Of a stretch of 64,000 nt of DNA, positions 49,422-59,509 are shown in pieces. Where the stretch lies: contig JBHLKM010000004.1 in assembly GCA_048886685.1 (NCBI GenBank), forward strand, positions 82,486 to 146,485, read 5' to 3'. Made by a program: the position numbers and the translations under genes. This DNA comes from Candidatus Hodarchaeota archaeon. GTDB taxonomy: Archaea; Asgardarchaeota; Lokiarchaeia; Sigyniarchaeales; SOKP01. The first letter of the stretch is position 1. Every line of letters begins with the position of its first letter. A model generated the notes under the pieces. That model saw only the letters and a program-made list of their open reading frames with translations. It searched no databases and was not told the DNA's origin.

Positions 49422-50627
49422 ATGAAAGCTAAAGCTAAGTACATTGGAATATATTTACTCTTCTTCCCTATCGTATTTTCAGCCTATTCAACTATCCCAT
49501 TACTTTCTACGGTATCGCATACTAATCCTTTCATTTCATCCCCGGTTTTTGGTGTTTCTAATTTTGAAATAACTCAAAATGTAACATATCAAGTTGAAAT
49601 CAATTTTACGCTGACACAGACCTTAGGATCTGGAAATTATTATTTTAAATTTCCTAGGATAGATGATAGATTGCCTAATTCTTTAGATACTATGTATACG
49701 CCACCCTATCAAGATAGTGAACTTCTACATAACAATATAACGGGATACGATGCGATACTTATGAATATTAAAGATAAATTTAACAATACTCATGATTGGT
49801 TTAATGCTACATTAGGAGCTGGAGAAAAAGTTTCAATAAGTCAAAAATATATTGTCGGATTAAATGCGATTAAATTTTCCGGGATTAACGAATCTGAGAT
49901 TGGAATTTATGATACTTCAGATGAAATTTTTGAATTATACTGTAATAAAACAGAAACTTGTTATGAAAGGAATGAAACATCTTTAATTTCTTTATCTAAT
50001 AGTATTGTAAATCCTAGCGATAATCCTATAGAAAAAGCAAAAAAGATTTATAACTGGGTTTCTGATAATATTGAATATACCGGGGATCTAACTGACGAAA
50101 TGGGAGCCTTATGGGCGTATACCAATTTAAAAGGTGATTGTAGTGAGTTTTCAAGCTTAATGATTACATTATTGCGAATTCAAAATATACCTGCTCGTAA
50201 AATAACAGGTTATTTAGTGTCAAATAATCCCTCATTACGCCCAAAGCCAGGGGATATATGGAGTTTTGATGCCAATGAAATTATGGGACATGCATGGATG
50301 GAATATTATGTTCCTGATATAGGTTGGATAGCTTGTGATCCTTTGTGGGAATATTTTAATAGAATTGATTATCTTCGCTTTAATTTAAATGTAGGTGCTA
50401 ATTTTTTCTTCCCACCTGGCGATGTCATAAGTGAATTTAATAGGTTATTCTCTGCAACTTCAATGTTCCATGATTATGATTACAACATTACTGTAACGGT
50501 AATAGAATCTAATCTTGCTCCTTTAGATTCAATTCCATTGATGTTTTATGTGTTTATTGCAATTGGGTTAGCTGCTATACTAATCACTGTTCTTCTCATC
50601 ATACGAATTAAGAGACATAAAGGATAA
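49422..50627 (+). CDS. Membrane-anchored transglutaminase-like protein
   Basis: Signal-like N-terminus, GDCSEF / GHAWME / CDP triad, C-terminal TM. Confidence 0.88.
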   Translation: MKAKAKYIGIYLLFFPIVFSAYSTIPLLSTVSHTNPFISSPVFGVSNFEITQNVTYQVEINFTLTQTLGSGNYYFKFPRIDDRLPNSLDTMYTPPYQDSELLHNNITGYDAILMNIKDKFNNTHDWFNATLGAGEKVSISQKYIVGLNAIKFSGINESEIGIYDTSDEIFELYCNKTETCYERNETSLISLSNSIVNPSDNPIEKAKKIYNWVSDNIEYTGDLTDEMGALWAYTNLKGDCSEFSSLMITLLRIQNIPARKITGYLVSNNPSLRPKPGDIWSFDANEIMGHAWMEYYVPDIGWIACDPLWEYFNRIDYLRFNLNVGANFFFPPGDVISEFNRLFSATSMFHDYDYNITVTVIESNLAPLDSIPLMFYVFIAIGLAAILITVLLIIRIKRHKG

Positions 50628-50657
50628 TATTAGTGAATATTAAATTATTTTTTTTTT

Positions 50658-52124
50658 TTAAATATATGTATGAATTAAATCTATAAGGTTTTTAGAAAAA
50701 TCTGGTAAATTCTTCTCAATCTTTTCGATTTGGAGAGATTTTTCAATAAATAATAGCAAGTATAGATTATACTTTTCAACCTGGATTTTTTTAAATATTA
50801 CTTTTTTCGATTCATCTGCTATTCCTGAAGATACTAAAAAATCTTGTTGTAAAATCTTAAATTCTTTAAACGTTTTATATAATTCTTGGAAATGAGGGGC
50901 AGAAATTTCAAATACTCTTTCAGATATTTCATCTTTAGAATAATTAGATAAAATAATTCCATTTTCATTTAATAATAATATTGCATCTGATTGAGTTTTC
51001 TTCGCAAACTTTTTTAATTGATTTCTAAATAATTCTCGATTAGGACTAAGTTGTGAAAGCCCAAATGAATATGCTGTTATTAGGCTCCAATGATCAAAAA
51101 TACTAGTTTGAAAAATTTTAATTAAAAATCTATCAGAATTCTTCTCAATTTCATCTGCAATAATCTCTAAATTTTTGAATATTTCTTTTGATCCCTTTAA
51201 ATCTGGATCAAATTTATTTAAACAAACAACAATAGGAGGGAATTCCTCTAAGTCAATTAAAGAAACTATAATTTTCCTAAAAAGGTCTAAGGCCTCTTCT
51301 ATTCTCTCAACATCTTGAATATCAATAAAAAAGAAGATTAAATCCACATTATAGAGATAAATTTTACTTTGTTCAAGAAATCTCTCTCGATATTGTTTTT
51401 GACCAGCTAGATCCCAAAGTGAGATTACAGAATTCTGCTCTTCAAAAATATTTTCTTCAGATCTTTCAACACCTCTAGTAGGTAAAGCCTTTATGATTTC
51501 TGAATATCTCTTCTTTATTCCAAACAAAAAACTTGATTTTCCTGCCTTATCCAATCCAGTTAATAGTACCTTGATTTGCCTTCTCACAGAAAATGGATCT
51601 TTTAATTCCTTAGTGAATTCAAACAATTCATTTTTTATATCATCCATTATTCTTTTATGATCTTCAAGTTCTTTTTCTGCTTGTATCTGGCTAGCAGCCT
51701 TATCAATAATTATTCTTAAGTATTTCATATTTTCATAAAAGAAGACTCTATCATTTTCACTGATTAGTATGGTAATAGTAGCTGCTAAAGCTTGACCTCG
51801 GGCTTTTTCTTCAGGGATGAGAAAAAAGTATGTTAGACCATTTAATTTTAAGTCTGGAAACGGTAAAATACCAAAATAGTTAACACCCACGTCTGAACCT
51901 TGTGAATCTTGATAAACGGAATCACCCATAAGTAAACTGATGGTTTTCATTGCAATTAAAAGTCCAGCTTTTTCATCTAAATCAATAGGCCAAATAACTC
52001 TAGGAATGGGCCCCTTTTCATCAAATATGCTTAGAACTATTGCTTTTATTAAATCAGATTTGTTAGCATTTTCGGTTTTTTTATTGGTTTGTTTCATTTT
52101 CGATTTAGAGTCGTTATTGGTCAA
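50658..52124 (-). CDS. Rag-like small GTPase with N-terminal longin/uDENN-like and C-terminal roadblock-like domains
   Basis: GLDKAGKS, PTRG, WDLAGQ, NKFD, TSIFD; N-terminal IVLSIFDEKGPIP; C-terminal DAILLLNENGIILS. Confidence 0.85.
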   Translation of the reverse strand: MTNNDSKSKMKQTNKKTENANKSDLIKAIVLSIFDEKGPIPRVIWPIDLDEKAGLLIAMKTISLLMGDSVYQDSQGSDVGVNYFGILPFPDLKLNGLTYFFLIPEEKARGQALAATITILISENDRVFFYENMKYLRIIIDKAASQIQAEKELEDHKRIMDDIKNELFEFTKELKDPFSVRRQIKVLLTGLDKAGKSSFLFGIKKRYSEIIKALPTRGVERSEENIFEEQNSVISLWDLAGQKQYRERFLEQSKIYLYNVDLIFFFIDIQDVERIEEALDLFRKIIVSLIDLEEFPPIVVCLNKFDPDLKGSKEIFKNLEIIADEIEKNSDRFLIKIFQTSIFDHWSLITAYSFGLSQLSPNRELFRNQLKKFAKKTQSDAILLLNENGIILSNYSKDEISERVFEISAPHFQELYKTFKEFKILQQDFLVSSGIADESKKVIFKKIQVEKYNLYLLLFIEKSLQIEKIEKNLPDFSKNLIDLIHTYI

Positions 52125-52288
52125 TTTATCCCCTTATCTTTGGCTATAAAGTAATATTTTAAAAAGTACCGTATTTATTCTTTAGATTATAATATAATAA
52201 AATCAATATATTACATTAATATACTCAAAATAATAATTACTATTAAATAATTACTTTTCTCACCCAACGTTCCATATGTTTTAATCTT

Positions 52289-54088
52289 TTATGATAAAAA
52301 CTTTAAACTTACAAGTTTAGATGGGAGGAATATTTTTTTTATAAAATCTACCAAAGTGAGATTACTTCTTTTTAGTTCATTTAAAGATATATACTCAATT
52401 GCTCCACTTTGGATGAAAATTTGATACTCTTCTTGTTTCTTAATCTTTTCTAATACGTCAATTTTAGCATCTTTCCTAAAGTGAGTAGAGTTAGTATAAT
52501 AAAAGATATCTCTACTAGATTGAGGTAGCGCAATTTTTGGAAAATGTTTTAAATCTAATTTCGCAAAACGGTATGGTGCTTTCTTTGAGATATTTTCACT
52601 TAAAATAAAGGATTTATCATGTATTTTAGAGAATTCTAAACATTTTTTATACATCTCACTTAAGATTTTTTTTCCCAGATTGAATGAGTTTGAATTTTCA
52701 TGCAATTCAAAATCAGTTAGAAACTTAACAGCTTCATTTAATCCTATAAAACTAATTGACATATGTTGTTCTTCTAAATTATAGAGTGATATATTATTGA
52801 TTTTACCGCTACATAGCGGTAAATGTTTCGATTTTAACCTCTTTTTTATTATTTTATATTTTTTTAATAATATCTGAGAAGATATTTTCATATTTGTATC
52901 GATTATCTCAAAGAAATTTGACTCATCTTTACTGGTATACGCAAATCGAGGAAGATTTATACAAATTTCTTGAAGCATACCTGAATTAATAAGATTACTT
53001 GAATAAAACGACTCTGGATAATTATCATTTAAAGATTTAACATTTGAATTTATTAAAATAGGTGTTTTCATACTATCAATTTCATCACAAACATTCATAA
53101 AAGCTCCCTTATACTTATCTATCCAAAGGTTATTCACTAAAATCTCACGTATTGGGGATTTAAACGGATTTTTATTATTATCACCTTCTTTGAAGGTTAA
53201 TGTCAGCGCGTTAAACAATCTTAGACACTCTTCATAATATTCTTCATAGAAATCCCTCGCTTTATTGGTGATAGGAACCTTTAAAAATGGTTCGAGAAAA
53301 GTAGGACTAGTTAACAATGAACTAGAAGAAATCGAACCACCCGTCATTACTGATAGATGATTTAATTCGTAGATTAAGTCTTTCATTGCAAGAATTAACT
53401 CTGAATCACTCACTCCTTTAGCATAAGGTGATAAAAACATTGTTAAGTAATTATATCCCTGGTTTCCACAAAACTCATTTTGAGTTAATGCTACCCATTT
53501 AACTAGATGACTAATTGCTTCTTTTAGAGTGCCTGCTGGTTTTAATTTACAGCAAGGGACAAAATTATTTATAGGGGGCAACCCATGTTCTAAAATTATG
53601 CGAGGATCCCACATCTGAGATAAAGGTCTTAAATCAAAATACCGTAACTTATGAATATGAAGATCGCCAGATAAATGAGCTGCTGATTCCTCACTCGATA
53701 AAATTCTTAAATGAGCATATTCTTCAGATATTCGATTTGCGGCCCAATTATGGATTTTTTCTGGATTAATTATTTTTTCTGGATGGTCTCCAAATCCTTT
53801 TTCAAGAATTTTTTCATAGTCCATTAACGGCATACCTATTCTCGTATATAACTTACGTTCATTTTCAAAGTGTTGTTCAGAAAGTATAGAACAAACTATT
53901 TCTCTTATATGAGGTCCTGAGAGAAATTTTATTCCAGAACTAATAATCCTCCTAACAACTAATTCTGTAATTTTGTTGGCATCAGCTTCGCTCATCCCAG
54001 TTTCTTTTATAATACTTTCAAGAATTCTTGAGGATTCAAATTCAGCAAAATCACCTTCGGTTCTAAAAACTTTTGGAAATAAGTCCAT
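52289..54088 (-). CDS. ATP-cone protein homologous to anaerobic ribonucleotide reductase NrdD, lacking the radical domain
   Basis: ATP cone (LSGPHIRE), YTRIGMP, AHLSGDLHIH, INLPR, IGLNE, YYTNSTH; no C-terminal Zn site or RxxGY. Confidence 0.8.
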   Translation of the reverse strand: MDLFPKVFRTEGDFAEFESSRILESIIKETGMSEADANKITELVVRRIISSGIKFLSGPHIREIVCSILSEQHFENERKLYTRIGMPLMDYEKILEKGFGDHPEKIINPEKIHNWAANRISEEYAHLRILSSEESAAHLSGDLHIHKLRYFDLRPLSQMWDPRIILEHGLPPINNFVPCCKLKPAGTLKEAISHLVKWVALTQNEFCGNQGYNYLTMFLSPYAKGVSDSELILAMKDLIYELNHLSVMTGGSISSSSLLTSPTFLEPFLKVPITNKARDFYEEYYEECLRLFNALTLTFKEGDNNKNPFKSPIREILVNNLWIDKYKGAFMNVCDEIDSMKTPILINSNVKSLNDNYPESFYSSNLINSGMLQEICINLPRFAYTSKDESNFFEIIDTNMKISSQILLKKYKIIKKRLKSKHLPLCSGKINNISLYNLEEQHMSISFIGLNEAVKFLTDFELHENSNSFNLGKKILSEMYKKCLEFSKIHDKSFILSENISKKAPYRFAKLDLKHFPKIALPQSSRDIFYYTNSTHFRKDAKIDVLEKIKKQEEYQIFIQSGAIEYISLNELKRSNLTLVDFIKKIFLPSKLVSLKFLS

Positions 54089-54345
54089 GGTTAGTCTTAA
54101 AGAAGTAATTTATATAATTTTAAAAAATATCTATTGAACTATTAAATTCAAGAGATTTAAAAAATTAAATTATTAATAGGTTAAATGCGAGAATTATAGT
54201 TTATTTCATAAAAATATAAACAACTGTTTAAAAGGATAATTAAGCTTGCTATATTATGAAATCCTTTAAAATCTCTATCAATTTATTTTTATAGAACTTC
54301 TATACTCTCTATGATTTATTTTATAAAGTTGCTAATGAGAAATAT

Positions 54346-55128
54346 ATGTCAAATTTATACTCTGAAGCGTCTCTCCAAAATTTTTTTACTGAAATTTATT
54401 CCATATTGAAGGAAACTGATCCGAAAATAATTGAAATATGGTGTGAAATTTCAAAAATTTCCTTTTTCAATGGATTGAGAAAAACAGAGTTATATAATTT
54501 CTTAGATAAGTTTGAATTTATATCTCTTAAAAAGGGAAATTATGTTTACTATATTGTAATTGATAAGGTTTTATTTATTATCAACTGTATCAAGTTCTTG
54601 AAGTATGATGTTGCACATCTTTCTGAAATATTGGATTATAACGGTTTTGAGTCATTAATAAAGGAAATTTTATCTAAAAATAATTTTCGGACAATTACGA
54701 ATTTTAGATTTTCTGAAATTTCTAAACTATCATCAAATATTTCTCAGAAAAAATTTGAGATTGATGTTATTGGAATTTATTTAAACTATATTTTAATCAT
54801 AGATGCAAAACAATGGAAGCGCAAAGATTCATATGGATCGCTTAATAAAGCAGCCAATCTCCAATATAATCGGATTAGAGCATTGCAGCACAATGACGAA
54901 GCTTTTTCAAAGCTCATTAAAACAATTTTAGGTAAAGATCCTCAAGTGAAAAGGCATTTACCGTTCATACTTATACCGGTTATGGTTACCCTTGAAGATA
55001 ATAGCATAAAGTTAAATGAAAACCAGATACCACTCGTATCTATATATGAATTCAATGTTTTTTTACAAGAGTTCCCAAATTATCTACATTACTTTAAATC
55101 AGTTCAAGTGAATAAAGTAGTACTATAA
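54346..55128 (+). CDS. PD-(D/E)xK nuclease-fold protein (Mrr/NERD-like)
   Basis: FESLI..FEIDVIG..IIDAKQW. Confidence 0.75.
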   Translation: MSNLYSEASLQNFFTEIYSILKETDPKIIEIWCEISKISFFNGLRKTELYNFLDKFEFISLKKGNYVYYIVIDKVLFIINCIKFLKYDVAHLSEILDYNGFESLIKEILSKNNFRTITNFRFSEISKLSSNISQKKFEIDVIGIYLNYILIIDAKQWKRKDSYGSLNKAANLQYNRIRALQHNDEAFSKLIKTILGKDPQVKRHLPFILIPVMVTLEDNSIKLNENQIPLVSIYEFNVFLQEFPNYLHYFKSVQVNKVVL

Positions 55129-55169
55129 AAGAAAACTGAAAATTCTCACGTTAAATTTTTAAAACAAAA

Positions 55170-56228
55170 TTATTCTTCTAAACCCAAATAGTATTTTATT
55201 TGTTTCTTTATTAGATTGATAGCAACGGAAATAATTCCACTTTTAACTTTGGGATGAGAAAATAGAATCAAAATCATATCTTTTAAACTTGGAGATTCAC
55301 GATCGATAGGTGCTAAGTCTAATACCCCTTCACTTCCTTTTACACTTATAGATTTTAAAGCACCTGCGCTTAAACCATGAATAATATCCGAACCAATCAT
55401 AGAAAGATTCACCCCTATCGTGCTAAATAAAGAATCTGACATCCTACTTGAAATTGCTGAAGCTAAGATTGTTCCATCTGTTTTGATAATCGCTGAAGCT
55501 TCTATTCGAGAGTCAAGCGTAATCAATTCGCGTAAAATTTCATTCATACTCGCAGGAGGGATCTTTTCTTCAGGTTTTTTTTCAATCTTAGACTCAACTA
55601 CAGGTGATTCTAATTTCTTCACTGATATTTTCTTTGATAGAAAGCTTAGAACTTCAGTCATATCTTTTTCTAATCTTTTCTGTTTTGAAATAGAAACTTC
55701 AGTTTCTGGCCTCTTGGTAGGAATAGGAACTAATGTAGATTTTAGTTTTTCTTTCTCATCTTCAATAATTGATTGTTTAAGTTCTGAAAACGCATCAGAA
55801 ATGGAATCTTGGGTGGTAACAGGAGGAGGTTGAAAGCCTTTTTTATCTGATATTAATGAACTTTGAAATGGTTTTGGTGTAATTTCTTGAAGAACTTGGT
55901 TTTTATCTTGTTCAGATTTATCTTGAATTTCATTAAAAGAATCATCTTCACTAATTTCACTAGTTTCTGAGGGAATATCATCAAGATTTAATTCCATTTC
56001 TTTTGGAATTTCGTGTAATTCAATCTTTTCCTGGTCTTTTTCAACGGTTTCAATTGATATTTCAATTTTTTCACTAGAAAACTCTTTATCAACTTTTTTC
56101 TCTGATTTCTTTTTTTTAGTTTTAACTCTAGAAGGTTTGGAAGAAATTGGCAGTAAAGCACCACATTTTCTACACGTACGACTTACTGCTTCGTTATTTG
56201 TGGTACCACAATTCTGGCAGATAATAAT
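55170..56228 (-). CDS. Zinc ribbon, disordered linker and roadblock/LC7 domain protein, proposed ATT start
   Basis: Frame is open 77 codons upstream of the ATG at 55997, giving IIICQNCG..CRKCGALL; GGAGG upstream; C-terminal IEASAIIKTDGTILAS roadblock pattern. Confidence 0.75.
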   Translation of the reverse strand: MIICQNCGTTNNEAVSRTCRKCGALLPISSKPSRVKTKKKKSEKKVDKEFSSEKIEISIETVEKDQEKIELHEIPKEMELNLDDIPSETSEISEDDSFNEIQDKSEQDKNQVLQEITPKPFQSSLISDKKGFQPPPVTTQDSISDAFSELKQSIIEDEKEKLKSTLVPIPTKRPETEVSISKQKRLEKDMTEVLSFLSKKISVKKLESPVVESKIEKKPEEKIPPASMNEILRELITLDSRIEASAIIKTDGTILASAISSRMSDSLFSTIGVNLSMIGSDIIHGLSAGALKSISVKGSEGVLDLAPIDRESPSLKDMILILFSHPKVKSGIISVAINLIKKQIKYYLGLEE

Positions 56229-56510
56229 AGTTTTATCTCTCCTCCATGAGTTTAAATTACTAAAAAATTATTATAGGTGCTAATTTTCATAAAGTTTAGA
56301 TATGAATCTTTATTTTATTTATATTAAATTAATGATTTTCTTGATTTTTAGTTTTTTGTTGTATAAATTACTAGTAAAAATTTGATTTTATTAATATTTA
56401 TCATCTTAAATTAATGTTTTAATATATTCGCTGGATGTAAAGTTTGGGAGTTTAATCTCACTAATGAAACCTACAATTTTGGAGAAATATAGTTAGATCA
56501 GTGGTTTTTA

Positions 56511-57485
56511 TTATCTATAAAGTATTTCTTTCATTATATTCGTAAACGTTTCAAAATCCTCTTTTTGGAAAACTGGATCCTCCTTAAGTAGCAATAAATA
56601 ATATGGAGTTGAATCTTTCTGTAATGAAATTTGCTTAAATATAAAATTTTTCCCAAATCTTTGAACAATCATTCTATCCTCATATTTATTGTCCATAACG
56701 CCAGTAAATTGTATATTATCACTAAGGGTTAAAAAATAGGGCGTTGAGGCTGTCAGTAAATGCTTAGTCTCAGCATCTTTATAAAAAGAGCCAATTACAA
56801 GTGAATTATCATCAATAACTACTACACCAGCTGAATCGATTTTTTTGGCAAACTCGATTATTGTTCTCTCAATAAGTTCTGATTTTGGATATAAGCTTAA
56901 AAGGATTTCCGACATTGCCTTAATTATGGATCCAAAATCATAAATAGATGTCTCATAAAAGTATATTTCCTTATAATCAGTAGCACCTTTTACTTGCTCT
57001 TTTAAATCTATTGTAAGATTTTCCATTTCATTTAAAGCCCCTCTTCTTAAAGCGGGATCATATTTGTGAAGAAAAACATAAATCGGGGGTTCAATCTCTA
57101 ATTTGTTGAACTGTTCAATTACATCCTTAAAATAACTTATTGCTTCTGGTATTCTAGGTTTGTTTTGAATATCGATGACATAAATAGCAATTTCCGTACC
57201 ATCGAAAAATTTTCCTGGATTCTTTAAATACGAGATTCTATAGCTAATTTGTCCACCTAAATCCCATTCTGCAATTTCTTTTCCTAAAAAATCAAAAACT
57301 CTTCTTTGGGCACCTCTGGTTGGAGATAATACGGCTATTTTTGAAAATTCTCTTTGAAGTGAGAGAATAATACTTGTCTTTCCTGCATCGTCCAATCCCG
57401 TAAATAATAACTTTGATGGTTCCGGTTTCGGTTCCGGTTCTTCTTTTTTCAAATACATTATTGATTGTTTTAGATTTTTCTCCAA
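56511..57485 (-). CDS. Rag-like small GTPase with C-terminal roadblock-like domain
   Basis: GLDDAGKT, PTRG, WDLGGQ, HKYD, TSIYD; AGGTGA SD before TTG. Confidence 0.88.
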   Translation of the reverse strand: MEKNLKQSIMYLKKEEPEPKPEPSKLLFTGLDDAGKTSIILSLQREFSKIAVLSPTRGAQRRVFDFLGKEIAEWDLGGQISYRISYLKNPGKFFDGTEIAIYVIDIQNKPRIPEAISYFKDVIEQFNKLEIEPPIYVFLHKYDPALRRGALNEMENLTIDLKEQVKGATDYKEIYFYETSIYDFGSIIKAMSEILLSLYPKSELIERTIIEFAKKIDSAGVVVIDDNSLVIGSFYKDAETKHLLTASTPYFLTLSDNIQFTGVMDNKYEDRMIVQRFGKNFIFKQISLQKDSTPYYLLLLKEDPVFQKEDFETFTNIMKEILYR

Positions 57486-57581
57486 AGTTAAATTTCACCT
57501 TTACACATCTAGAAAGCAATTAATTAATATATATTCTTTTATAAGATAAAATATGATCTTATCGCTTATTTAAATTTTGCT

Positions 57582-58937
57582 TTATAACTTATTTTTGATG
57601 AATAATTTCAGATCTTCATACTTATTAATTTCTACTGGATTCGAGAATTCCTTTTTATTTTGAATAATCTCCAATGCTTTTGGTAATTCTGGTTTAACTT
57701 TTATTAATGAGATAATTTCATTAGGAAATTTAGCTGGATCAGCAGTTTCGAAAGTAATAGATTTGATTTGACTTTGAGAAGGATTGTTATTACGGTAGAT
57801 CTGAAGAGCTGCCCATCCGACGGCACCATGAGGTTCTATAATTTTCTCATATCTTCTATAAAATTGTACAATTGTTTCTCGTGTTAAATCATCACTTATG
57901 GAGTATGATGCTATATTAGCTCTAAGTTTTTCTAAATCTGGATTTCTTTGAATATTTCCATTTTCATCAATTTGTCCTCCATATAAATCAAATATACGGG
58001 CTAAATTACTAGGATTACCTACATTCATAGCAGAAGAGAGGCAATTTCTTGAGGGAACGATTTTTGAATAAATTCCTGATTTTAGAAATTTTGGGAATTC
58101 ATCATTCTCATTTACAGCAGAAATAAATTTATCAACTGGCAAGTCCATTTTAGATGCTATAAGTCCACCAGTAAGATTACCAAAATTACCTGAAGGTACT
58201 GAAAAAATCACTTTTTCATTTAGGTGTTGGATTATTCGTGAATAACTCCAAAAATAATAAATGACTTGGGGGACAAGACGACCAATATTAATAGAATTTG
58301 CAGATGATAGGTTATAATCTTGTAAATCTTTATCTGCAAAAGCGGTTTTTATAATTTTCTGACAATCATCAAATTTCCCATTGATTCCTATTGCTATAAC
58401 ATTTTTTCCAAGAGTTATCATTTGTTTTCTTTGCAGTTCGCTGATTTCTTTTTTAGGATAGAGTACAATTACTTTAATTCTTGACATTTTATAGAATGCT
58501 TGCGCTACAGCGCCCCCCGTATCCCCAGAAGTTGCTGTTAATATTATTATTTCTTTTTTCTCAAGTGAAAGAAAATATTCCATGATTCTTGCTAAGATTC
58601 TTGCTCCAAAATCTTTGAAACTACAAGTAGGACCTTTACTTAGATGGCATAAATAGTCAGATTTTTCAATTGTCTCTAATCCAATTTCAAAATTCAAAGC
58701 ACTTCGTATAATCTTTTTTAATGACTTTTCAGGTATTTGATCTTTTAAAATTTTTAATAAAATCTCAAAAGCAATTTCTTGTAAACTTAAGTCTTTAAAA
58801 CTAAATATTTTTCGATGATCTATTGTTGGAATCTTATTTAACATGTATAAACCCTTATCTAAGGCTTGCCCTCTCAAAACAGCCGTTTTAAAGTCGACAT
58901 CTGGAGTGTTGTAGTTTGTTGAATGGAATTTAATCAT
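57582..58937 (-). CDS. thrC: Threonine synthase
   Basis: GPTCSFKDFG, ATSGDTG, NSINIGR, VPSGNFGN, TADPAKF. Confidence 0.95.
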   Translation of the reverse strand: MIKFHSTNYNTPDVDFKTAVLRGQALDKGLYMLNKIPTIDHRKIFSFKDLSLQEIAFEILLKILKDQIPEKSLKKIIRSALNFEIGLETIEKSDYLCHLSKGPTCSFKDFGARILARIMEYFLSLEKKEIIILTATSGDTGGAVAQAFYKMSRIKVIVLYPKKEISELQRKQMITLGKNVIAIGINGKFDDCQKIIKTAFADKDLQDYNLSSANSINIGRLVPQVIYYFWSYSRIIQHLNEKVIFSVPSGNFGNLTGGLIASKMDLPVDKFISAVNENDEFPKFLKSGIYSKIVPSRNCLSSAMNVGNPSNLARIFDLYGGQIDENGNIQRNPDLEKLRANIASYSISDDLTRETIVQFYRRYEKIIEPHGAVGWAALQIYRNNNPSQSQIKSITFETADPAKFPNEIISLIKVKPELPKALEIIQNKKEFSNPVEINKYEDLKLFIKNKL

Positions 58938-58955
58938 AGTTGATATTGATTAATT

Positions 58956-59474
58956 TTATTTTAATAAATCATTAATTTTGTTGATTGCTTCTAATGGAGT
59001 ATTTACACCATATATCATGTCATTTCTTCTATTATCTAACTTTTGATTAGCAATTTTAGAAGACCAACCCTGAACACTCGATAAAGCTACTAAAGGTTTA
59101 TCATATATCCATGCGAAACAAATTTCAGATAAAGTTCCTGCTTTTCCACCAATAGCTAAACATATGTCACCTGTAAGTACGACAACAATATTTCTTGCTT
59201 GTGAAAACGGACATGGAATTACAAGATCTACATATTTGTTAGCTAAGCTTTTTTCTGTATGTGGAATAATTCCGACTGTAAAGCCTCCTTCTTCTTTGGC
59301 ACCTTTACATACTGCTTCCATTACACCAGAAAGACCACCACAAGCCACAGCGTACTGGTTTTTTGCGATTAATCTCCCGATTTCTATGGTTTTATCCTCT
59401 ATTTCTTTATCAATTTCACTTGCTCCTATAACAGAAATTACAGCTTTAAAGTTATTTTTATAATTTAAACTCAT
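58956..59474 (-). CDS. LOG-family Rossmann-fold nucleotide-binding protein (TIGR00725-like)
   Basis: CGGLSGVMEAVCKGA, ARN, GGKAGTLSEI. Confidence 0.88.
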   Translation of the reverse strand: MSLNYKNNFKAVISVIGASEIDKEIEDKTIEIGRLIAKNQYAVACGGLSGVMEAVCKGAKEEGGFTVGIIPHTEKSLANKYVDLVIPCPFSQARNIVVVLTGDICLAIGGKAGTLSEICFAWIYDKPLVALSSVQGWSSKIANQKLDNRRNDMIYGVNTPLEAINKINDLLK

Positions 59475-59509
59475 AATATTGAATCTATATTTATTAAATT
59501 AAAAATATA

